The translations under genes and the position numbers were made by a program. From Pseudomonadota bacterium (GTDB lineage: Bacteria; Pseudomonadota; Gammaproteobacteria; Burkholderiales; Rhodocyclaceae), in contig JBEAUN010000327.1 of assembly GCA_041161415.1 (NCBI GenBank), forward strand, positions 1 to 24,439: a stretch of 24,439 nucleotides of DNA. The letters run 5' to 3'. Position 1 is the stretch's first letter. Every line of letters starts with the position of its first letter. Shown here in pieces: positions 8,745 to 15,625 of this stretch. A model generated the notes under the pieces. The model was not told where the DNA came from and did not search any database. It saw only the letters and a program-made list of their open reading frames with translations.

Positions 8745-9140
8745 ATGGCAGAGAAAGAGCATCTTCTGCTCAGGCAGGTGAATCCTGCCTGGGTGCAAAA
8801 CGGGCGAATTTCCAGCCAGACCTTCACCCCGACACCAAAGGATGACCGCCTGTTGTCAGTCGACGACGGGCGCCTTGTGGAACCGGAGCAAAGTCACGCT
8901 CATTTCACCGGCACGCGTGGCCTGAAATCCATGGGAGTGGTTGCAGTGGCGAATTTGGAGGTGGCGGAGGCTGGCCTTGCCTGGCGACCCGACCCGCTGC
9001 CAGACTCGGCCACTCATGCAGTCATCGACTTTTCCCAACTGGTGTCGAACGGCCAAATCAAGGCCAAGGCATCATGGCTAGCTGAAAAGGCTCGTGCCCG
9101 GGGATGGCTGTTTCAGCCGCCGGCAGAAGAGCCAGTCTGA
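8745..9140 (+). CDS. Hypothetical protein (131 aa), possible Tse2-like/ADP-ribosyltransferase-fold toxin
   Basis: ATG 1 nt after the upstream TGA. Pattern LLLR10QV...SSQTF...LS38VD...GVVAV...DP...H91AVI. The CDS is well supported; the fold assignment is inference. Confidence 0.75.
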   Translation: MAEKEHLLLRQVNPAWVQNGRISSQTFTPTPKDDRLLSVDDGRLVEPEQSHAHFTGTRGLKSMGVVAVANLEVAEAGLAWRPDPLPDSATHAVIDFSQLVSNGQIKAKASWLAEKARARGWLFQPPAEEPV

Positions 9141-9221
9141 TGGCGACAGTTTTTAAACTTCAACAAGCGTCAGGGCCAAGCCCGAGTGCGAAAATGGGGA
9201 GCAGTTTCAAACCGTTCTCCT

Positions 9222-9290
9222 GTGGCTCAAAAACTGATAAATTCCGTGGCTCATGAATTTTCAGACGCACGCTAGGCTTATGAATTTTCA
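9222..9290 (+). repeat. Paired short direct repeats next to the att-like site (putative integrase arm or accessory-factor sites)
   Basis: GTGGCTCA at 9222-9229 and 9246-9253; ATGAATTTTCA at 9253-9263 and 9280-9290, in AT-rich non-coding DNA. The function is inference. Confidence 0.55.
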
Positions 9291-9311
9291 TGGTTTTTAA
9301 CCCGGGTCACA

Positions 9312-9331
9312 GAGTCCCCCCATCACCACCA
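9312..9331 (+). other. att-like core: isolated 3' end of a tRNA (not an intact tRNA gene)
   Basis: GAGT-CCCCC-CATCACC-A-CCA fits tRNA positions 57-76 exactly (T-loop end, 5-nt T-stem strand, 7-nt acceptor strand, discriminator, CCA). No 5' tRNA body lies upstream. The cognate tRNA should begin GGTGATG. Confidence 0.75.
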
Positions 9332-9335
9332 GTCT

Positions 9336-9373
9336 CAAACAAAAGGCCAACCTTCGGGTTGGCCTTTTGTTTG
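9336..9373. terminator. Rho-independent, probably bidirectional terminator
   Basis: Perfect 17-bp inverted repeat CAAACAAAAGGCCAACC / GGTTGGCCTTTTGTTTG with a C-UUCG-G tetraloop, 4 nt after the tRNA-like CCA. Confidence 0.9.
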
Positions 9374-9383
9374 TCCGCCGCCG

Positions 9384-9454
9384 TGTAGCCACCATCTAGC
9401 CAAATTCAGCCATTTGGCGTGTCGCTTGCCCAACCTGAGGCCTCACCCCGCCGG
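9384..9454 (+). repeat. Direct repeat copy B (partner at 1-72)
   Basis: Direct alignment with 1-72. Ends in CACCCCGCCGG, which recurs at 9936-9946. Confidence 0.95.
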
Positions 9455-9502
9455 CACATCCCGGCAGTGCCTGCGCCACCGCGGCTTCTACCAAGAAAGC
9501 CA

Positions 9503-10497
9503 TCACGCTTTCCCCCTCGCCTGGCCCGGTGCGAGCATGTTTTCAATCAAGCGAATCATCGCCTCTTTGTTCTTGGCGTCAGACTCCGCCACCAGCAGCG
9601 CCAATGCAGCAAGGCCTACGTCGTTGATGATGGGCTCACCATCGTGCAGCAGTCGATCATTGCGTGCGAGAAAATCCACGAAAAGGAATGCCCCGGTACG
9701 TTTGTTGCCGTCGGAGAAGGGATGGTTTTTGATGACGAAATACAAAAGATGCGCGGCCTTGGTCTCGATGGTGGGATAGGCCGGCTCGCCAAAAACCGTC
9801 TGCTCCAAATTGCCCAAAATCCCCGCGAAGGCCTCGCCACGCTGACGCCCAAATAAATCGGTGGCCTCGCCGCGTGCCATCAAGTCGGCTTTGAGCCGGG
9901 CGATGCCGGCAAGCGCTTAATCCAGAGGGGAGCAGCACCCCGCCGGGGCTGCCGGCAGGCACGCTCAGCAACCCTTCGTCATAGCGTTGCAACCAGAGAA
10001 AGGTTTGCGTGTAACGGGCGATCACATCGACCAGCCCACGCCCCTTGGTCGGTGGTCAGTGTCTCACCTGCGGCAGCCTTCTTCACCAGTTGCAGTGCGG
10101 CTTCCAGCTCGGCGGCGTTTTGCTCGAAACGCTGGCGATTAAGGGTGTAGCCCTGCATGAGATGCTCGCGCAAAATGCGCGTGGCCCACTGGCGAAAGCG
10201 GGTGGCTTGTACCGACTTGACGCGATAGCCCACAGAGATGATTGCGTCGAGGTTGTAGTGCTCAACCTGATAGATTTTCCCGTCCGCGGCAGTATGTGCA
10301 AATTTTGCACACACTGAATCGCGCTCCAGTTCGCCCTCCGCAAAGACATTGCGGATGTGCTTGGTAATGACCGAGCGATCACGCCCAACAAGCACCGTCA
10401 TTTGTTCCTGAGTCAGCCAAACCGTGTCGCCTTGAAGCCGCACCTCCACCTGTCCAGTGCCTGCTTCAAAAATGATCAGCTGCTGTTGCTCGGTCAT
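9503..10497 (-). pseudogene. RhuM-family/Fic-Doc fusion protein, disrupted by two frameshifts and a nonsense codon
   Basis: ATG at 10497 with GAGG upstream. RhuM-like N-terminus (TVWLTQEQM...YNLDAIISVGYRVKS..ATRFRQWA) and Doc-type Fic motif HPFSDGNKRTG, spread over three reading frames (ORFs 9979-10563, 9657-10025, 9503-9883). Confidence 0.9.
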
Positions 10498-10846
10498 GGT
10501 GTGATCCTCATCAAAAAATCTTGGCATCTGCCGCGCGACGTGCTTCTGAACAAAAGGGGCCAACCCCCGCTATGCAGTGATCAGCCCACGGCGGCATCAT
10601 CCACCATCCAATACTTCAACTCAACGACAACGTAATCGCTGGCCAGGACAATACCGGCAGACAAACCGCGTAGCCAAAACGTAGCGGCGCCCATTCACAG
10701 CAAGGCTATGCGAGACTGGTTGCCGCCACGTTGCAACTTGGCGCGCGCTGCCCATCCCCTCTCAAAAGATCATTCGAACCTTTCCGCCAGGCTTGCGTCT
10801 AAGGCCTTTTACTTTTTGCGCCGCTTGCTGGCAAGGCATTGAAAAC

Positions 10847-11518
10847 ATGCTCATTCACCGCCACCCACCGCCTCATTTCGCGCAGGATCCGATCGAGACT
10901 GCGGGGCTTGATGACCTGCGGGCTGCCTTTTATGCCCCCTCGCCGCACCCCTCTTCCCACGTTTATCGCGCTGCGGTGATGTATCTGCCGGTCAATCCAG
11001 GCAATCTGCATGGCCTCGCGCTGTATCTCACGCGCGATCCCCAGACACAAAAGATGTGGGAAGTCGCGCGCCGCCTGGGTGATGCTGCCCGGCACCTGGG
11101 TCACCTGCGGCGTTTTGCTGATGACCCCTGCCATGCCGATCGTCTGATCCATACGCTCAATCGACACAGCGAGCGGCTCACCCGCATTGCCCAGTTAAAA
11201 GCGGTGGATCAACTTCGCCGCCACGCTGCTGCGCGCCAGCATCCTTTCGATTCGCAAGGGGTGCTGTATTTCACAACACTCACCGACCCCTTGCATGTGG
11301 CGAAAACGATGCTTGAGCCTAGTTGGGCAAGGATGATGGAGGGGAAATTCGGGGCTCGCGCGGGCTATTACCTGCGGGCCAGTCTGGCTTCTTTATCGGT
11401 GCGCTCGATTAAGGATCTCTTGGCGCTCAACCGATCGCTGGGGCCGGGTGCGCCGGAGGAATCCCCCTTGCGTCACATCAGCGCGCATCTTGGCCAAGAC
11501 GCTGCGCAGCTTCCTTGA
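10847..11518 (+). CDS. Hypothetical protein (possibly the N-terminal part of a frameshifted gene extending to 11807)
   Basis: Open frame from ATG 10847 (MLIHRHPPP...). No family recognised. Confidence 0.6.
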   Translation: MLIHRHPPPHFAQDPIETAGLDDLRAAFYAPSPHPSSHVYRAAVMYLPVNPGNLHGLALYLTRDPQTQKMWEVARRLGDAARHLGHLRRFADDPCHADRLIHTLNRHSERLTRIAQLKAVDQLRRHAAARQHPFDSQGVLYFTTLTDPLHVAKTMLEPSWARMMEGKFGARAGYYLRASLASLSVRSIKDLLALNRSLGPGAPEESPLRHISAHLGQDAAQLP

Positions 11519-11807
11519 AAACCTGCAGAGATTGAGATGGGATTGGGCTCATCAGCACCTGCGTGATCTGCGCGCAGGCAAGCCCATGGCGCGCGCCATC
11601 GAAAACGAGGCAACCGGGAAGCCCTCGGCCTTGAATGTGTTAAAGCACTGGGTGGAGCTACGCGGTGTGGCAGCATCAATACGCGCGGCCGAGGCAGAAC
11701 AAGCCTTGCACAGGCTCTCGCAACAAAAACAGCAACTAAGCGACACGCACGCGAGGCTTCTGATGCACATCGCGCCGTTGGAGATTGAGGCGCAAAATAC
11801 GGCATGA
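11448..11807 (+). CDS. Hypothetical helical protein or C-terminal part of the upstream gene; true start uncertain
   Basis: Its stop overlaps the chrA start (ATGA), suggesting translational coupling. It overlaps the upstream ORF by 71 nt in another frame. Confidence 0.45.
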   Translation: MRRRNPPCVTSARILAKTLRSFLENLQRLRWDWAHQHLRDLRAGKPMARAIENEATGKPSALNVLKHWVELRGVAASIRAAEAEQALHRLSQQKQQLSDTHARLLMHIAPLEIEAQNTA

Positions 11808-13132
11808 TTGGTCCTCGACTCAATCGACACGATGACACCTTGGCCGCGACGCATGACAGCACACCCGTTTCACTAAGCGATGCCTTCTGGTTCTGGCTGA
11901 AACTCGGTTTCATCAGTTTCGGTGGGCCTGCGGGGCAGATTGCAATCATGCATCGCGAGCTGGTGGAAAAACGCAGCTGGATTTCCGAGCAGGCTTTTTT
12001 GCATGCGCTCAATTACTGCATGCTGCTGCCCGGGCCGGAAGCGCAGCAGCTCGCCACCTACATCGGCCTGCGCTTGCATCGCACCGCGGGCGGGCTGATG
12101 GCCGGGCTTCTGTTCATTTTGCCCTCGCTCATCATGCTGATGGCGCTCTCCTGGGTGTATCTGGCGTGGGGGCATTGGCCGCTTGTGAAAAGCATCCTGT
12201 GGGCGATCAAGCCGGTGGTGGTGGCGATCGTGGTGCAGGCGATTTTTCGGATCGGTGCGCGCACTTTGAGGCGCCCTGTGCTGTGGGGCATCGCGCTGGC
12301 GGCGTTCATCGGCATCACCTGGGCGAAGCTGCCGTTTCCGCTGATTCTTTTGCTGGCAGCGGGAGCGGGCTGGCTGAGTGCGCGGGGGGCGGGCCAGCTT
12401 GCAGATACAACGGAAAAGACGGCCACACCAAGCGATGAAACGCGCCTTCGCAGCAGCCGATCACAGGCCCTTCGCGTCCTCATCGTTGGCGCCGTGTTGT
12501 GGGCGCTGCCGATGCTCTTGCTGGCCACGCTGCTGGGGCACGCCCACCTCTTCACACAGATGGCGTGGTTTTTCACCAAGTCGGCGCTCGTCACCTTCGG
12601 CGGTGCATATGCGGTGTTGCCTTATGTGCAACAAGCGGCCGTCGGGCAATACGGCTGGCTCACGGGCGCGCAGATGATCGATGGCCTCGCGCTGGGCGAA
12701 ACCACGCCCGGGCCGCTCATCATGGTGGTGGCTTTTGTCGGCTTTGTGGGCGGCCACACGCTGGCGCCTTTCGGTGCGGAACACGCCCTGGCCGCGGCGA
12801 TCGGCGCTGCGCTGGTGGTCACGTATTTCACCTTTTTGCCATCCTTCATTTTTATCTTCGCGGGTGCGCCGATGGTGGAAGCCTCGCACCGCCAGCCTGC
12901 GCTGGCGGCACCGCTTGCCGGCATCACCGCGGCTGTGGTGGGGGTGATCGGGCATCTTGCGCTGGTGTTCGGCGCGCAGGTGTTTCTGCCGCAAGGCGCC
13001 GGCCCGGATTGGGCGGCGGCCTGCGTATTTGTGCTCGCTTTGTCAGCGCTGATCCCTGCACGCCGCGGCGTGGTGGAGGTGATCGCACTGGCCGCCCTGG
13101 CCGGCGCGCTCATGGGCTGGGCGCAGGGCTGA
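11804..13132 (+). CDS. chrA: Chromate efflux transporter (CHR family, long-chain)
   Basis: 442 aa membrane protein with duplicated halves: LGFISFGGPAGQIA...LPGPEAQQLA and FGGAYAVLP...GETTPGPLIMVVAFVGF. Confidence 0.95.
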   Translation: MIGPRLNRHDDTLAATHDSTPVSLSDAFWFWLKLGFISFGGPAGQIAIMHRELVEKRSWISEQAFLHALNYCMLLPGPEAQQLATYIGLRLHRTAGGLMAGLLFILPSLIMLMALSWVYLAWGHWPLVKSILWAIKPVVVAIVVQAIFRIGARTLRRPVLWGIALAAFIGITWAKLPFPLILLLAAGAGWLSARGAGQLADTTEKTATPSDETRLRSSRSQALRVLIVGAVLWALPMLLLATLLGHAHLFTQMAWFFTKSALVTFGGAYAVLPYVQQAAVGQYGWLTGAQMIDGLALGETTPGPLIMVVAFVGFVGGHTLAPFGAEHALAAAIGAALVVTYFTFLPSFIFIFAGAPMVEASHRQPALAAPLAGITAAVVGVIGHLALVFGAQVFLPQGAGPDWAAACVFVLALSALIPARRGVVEVIALAALAGALMGWAQG

Positions 13133-13199
13133 CACCGCAGCCCCTGCGGGTGACGTTCAGCCCATGCCAAATGCATCCTGATATTGGCGTTTCGTCTTA

Positions 13200-13228
13200 T
13201 TGACACACCGCAACATGCCCCCCACAAT
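13200..13228 (+). promoter_or_regulatory. Putative sigma70 promoter of the liv operon
   Basis: TTGACA (13200-13205), 17-nt spacer, CACAAT (13223-13228), about 65 nt upstream of livK. The -10 box matches 4/6. Confidence 0.5.
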
Positions 13229-13293
13229 CGACGCCGCTTTTTGGTTCGCTTTTCTGGTCTCATTTCCCCAACCGTCTCGCTGGAGTCTGATCG

Positions 13294-14541
13294 ATGAAGA
13301 TGCAGGTCAAAGGTCTCACCGTTGCAATGCTCGCCGCGCTCGCCCTCATGGCCTGCGGCAAAAAAGAAGAACCCAAACAAGCCGCACCTGCCACGCCGGC
13401 CGCTCCGCCTGAAGTGGTGGTGAAGCTCGGTCATGTGGCGCCGCTTACCGGCCCGCAGGGCCACCTGGGCAAGGACAATGAAAACGGCGCCCGTCTGGCA
13501 GTGGAAGAACTGAACGCCAAGGGCCTTGAGATCGGCGGCGCGAAGGTGAAATTCGAGCTGCTCTCCGAAGACGATCAGGCTGACCCCAAGCAAGGCACGG
13601 TCGTCGCGCAAAAGCTTGTGGATGCGAAGGTGAATGGCGTCATCGGGCACCTCAATTCCGGCACCACCATCCCGGCTTCCAAGCTGTATTCCGATGCCGG
13701 CATCCCGCAGATTTCCGGCTCGGCCACCAACCCCAAATACACCGACCAAGGCTTCAAGACAGCGTTTCGCGTGATGGCCAATGATGTGCAGCAAGGCAAG
13801 GTGTTGGGTGAGTTTGCCACCGGCAATCTGAAAGCGAAGAAGATCGCCATCATCGACGACCGCACCGCCTATGGCCAAGGCTTGGCGGATGAATTTGAAA
13901 AGGCGGTGAAGGCCTCCGGCGGCGAGATCGTGGCGCGTGAATTCACCAATGACAAAGCCACCGACTTCGCCGCGATTCTCACCAAGATCAAAGGCAAGAA
14001 ACCCGAGGTGGTGTTCTACGGCGGCATGGACGCCCAAGGCGGCCCGATGGCCAAGCAACTGAAGACGCTCGGCATCAAGGCGAAATTCCTGGGCGGCGAT
14101 GGTATGTGCACCCCGGAATTCATCAAGCTCGCCGGGGATGCCGCAGCCGACAGCCAATACTGCTCGCTGCCCGGCATGCCGCTTGACAAGCTCGCGGGCG
14201 GCGCGGCTTTCAAGGAAAAATTCGTCAAGCGTTTCGGTGGCGAGATTCAGCTCTATGCGCCTTATGTGTATGACGCGGTGATGGTGATGGCTGATGCCAT
14301 GAAGCGCGCCAATTCCGTCGAGCCCGCCAAGTATCTGCCGGAAGTGGGCAAGACCGATTATGAAGGCGTCACCGCCAAGATTGGCTTTGACGAAAAGGGC
14401 GACCTGAAGGGCGGCGCGATTTCGCTCTATCAGGTGAAAGAAGCCAAGTGGGCGTATCTGGAAACCCTGGGTGGCGCGCCTGCCGCTGCGCCGGCTGCTG
14501 CCGCGCCCGCGCCTGCTGTTGCACCCGCTGAGAAGAAGTAA
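13294..14541 (+). CDS. livK: Branched-chain amino acid ABC transporter substrate-binding lipoprotein
   Basis: 415 aa. Signal peptide with lipobox LMAC, then KLGHVAPLTGPQGHLGKDNENGARLA, EDDQADPKQ, GHLNSGTTIPAS and FRVMANDVQQG, typical of LivJ/LivK. Confidence 0.93.
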   Translation: MKMQVKGLTVAMLAALALMACGKKEEPKQAAPATPAAPPEVVVKLGHVAPLTGPQGHLGKDNENGARLAVEELNAKGLEIGGAKVKFELLSEDDQADPKQGTVVAQKLVDAKVNGVIGHLNSGTTIPASKLYSDAGIPQISGSATNPKYTDQGFKTAFRVMANDVQQGKVLGEFATGNLKAKKIAIIDDRTAYGQGLADEFEKAVKASGGEIVAREFTNDKATDFAAILTKIKGKKPEVVFYGGMDAQGGPMAKQLKTLGIKAKFLGGDGMCTPEFIKLAGDAAADSQYCSLPGMPLDKLAGGAAFKEKFVKRFGGEIQLYAPYVYDAVMVMADAMKRANSVEPAKYLPEVGKTDYEGVTAKIGFDEKGDLKGGAISLYQVKEAKWAYLETLGGAPAAAPAAAAPAPAVAPAEKK

Positions 14542-14547
14542 TCGGCA

Positions 14548-14581
14548 GCGAAAAACGGCACCAAAAGGTGCCGTTTTTCGC
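14548..14581. terminator. Intrinsic terminator or stabilising hairpin after livK
   Basis: Perfect 15-bp inverted repeat GCGAAAAACGGCACC / GGTGCCGTTTTTCGC with a 4-nt loop, 6 nt after the stop. Confidence 0.85.
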
Positions 14582-14584
14582 AAC

Positions 14585-14631
14585 ACGCGGGTCACCACCC
14601 GTAGGGTGGGTCACTTCGTGACCCACGCGTT
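14585..14631 (+). repeat. GTAG-type REP-like element with a degenerate inverted partner
   Basis: GTAG-G-GTGGGTCAC-TTC-GTGACCCAC-GCGTT at 14601-14631 (GTAG tetranucleotide plus 9-bp stem). 14585-14600 (ACGCGGGTCACCACCC) resembles a collapsed reverse-complement copy. Confidence 0.6.
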
Positions 14632-14701
14632 CGTGGCTCGTAGTGACAATGCGTGAATAACGCGTTCCGACCCCACCCGCGGTTTCGCGCCACCGGCACC
14701 C

Positions 14702-15625
14702 ATGGAAATCTTCCTCCAGCAGATCATCAACGGGCTCACCCTCGGCAGCATCTATGCGCTTGTCGCCCTGGGCTACACCATGGTCTATGGCATCCTGGGG
14801 CTCATTAATTTTGCCCACGGCGAAGTGGTGATGGTGGGCGCACTGGTCGCGCTCTCGGTGGTCAAGGCGCTGATGGCCAGCGCCCTGCCCGCGCCCATCA
14901 TTCTCATGCTGGGCACGCTGGCCGCGATTGTGGTGTGCATGCTGCTAGGCGGCACCATCGAGCGCGTGGCGTATCGACCACTGCGCCATGCCCCGCGCTT
15001 AGCGCCGCTCATCACAGCGATTGGCGTCTCGATCTTGCTGCAGCAGCTTGCGATGCTGTTCTGGGGCCGCAATTACCACGCCTTCCCGCCGCTGGTGCCC
15101 GCCACGCCGCACAGCGTGATGGGTGCCTCCATCACCGATGTGCAGCTGGTGATCATGCTGCTCGCCGCGCTCATCATGGCCGCGCTCACGCTGCTGATTC
15201 ATCGCACCCGCTTGGGCCGCGCCATGCGCGCCACCGCTGAAAACCCGGCCATCGCGCAACTGATGGGCGTGGACACCCACCGCGTGATCGCGCTCACCTT
15301 TGTTCTGGGCTCGGCGCTGGCCGCCATTGCCGGGGTGATGGTGAGCATGAATTACGGCATCGCGCATTACCACATGGGCTTCATGCTGGGGCTGAAAGCC
15401 TTCACCGCCGCGGTGTTAGGCGGCATTGGCAATCTCCCCGGCGCGATGTTGGGCGGGCTTCTGCTGGGCCTGATCGAAGCCCTGGGCGCGGGGTATATTG
15501 GGGAGCTCACCGGCGGCTTTTTGGGCTCGCATTATCAAGATGTGTTCGCCTTTTGCGTGCTGATCCTGGTGCTGGTGTTTCGCCCCTCGGGCCTGATGGG
15601 CGAAAAGGTCTCGGAGCGCGCATGA
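14702..15625 (+). CDS. livH: Branched-chain amino acid ABC transporter permease
   Basis: 307 aa. QQIINGLTLGSIYALVALGYTMVYGILGLINFAHGE, TRLGRAMRATAEN, KAFTAAVLGGIG. Confidence 0.96.
   Translation: MEIFLQQIINGLTLGSIYALVALGYTMVYGILGLINFAHGEVVMVGALVALSVVKALMASALPAPIILMLGTLAAIVVCMLLGGTIERVAYRPLRHAPRLAPLITAIGVSILLQQLAMLFWGRNYHAFPPLVPATPHSVMGASITDVQLVIMLLAALIMAALTLLIHRTRLGRAMRATAENPAIAQLMGVDTHRVIALTFVLGSALAAIAGVMVSMNYGIAHYHMGFMLGLKAFTAAVLGGIGNLPGAMLGGLLLGLIEALGAGYIGELTGGFLGSHYQDVFAFCVLILVLVFRPSGLMGEKVSERA

Larger units (their letters stand above)
1..9331. mobile_element. tRNA-targeting genomic (defence) island; left end at or beyond the window start; no integrase visible in the window
   Basis: Cargo is a type I RM operon, a GIY-YIG gene and two hypothetical genes. 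The right boundary is a tRNA-3'-end-like sequence (9312-9331). Positions 1-72 repeat the sequence just past that site (9384-9454). The island interpretation is inference. Confidence 0.65.

Noticed and set aside
9260-9331. Intact tRNA gene
   Set aside because: Only the last 20 nt fit a tRNA; upstream there is no GGTGATG 5' strand, D arm, anticodon arm or TTC of the T loop.
10581-10694. 37-aa minus-strand ORF upstream of the rhuM pseudogene (MGAATFWLRGLSAG...)
   Set aside because: Too short, no clear ribosome-binding site and no recognisable motif.
13135-13153. Hairpin after chrA as a terminator
   Set aside because: Only a 6-bp stem (CCGCAG/CTGCGG) and no U-tract.
12622-14598. 658-aa minus-strand ORF
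   Set aside because: Antisense shadow of chrA/livK, expected from GC-rich codon bias; no recognisable motifs, while the + strand genes are unambiguous.
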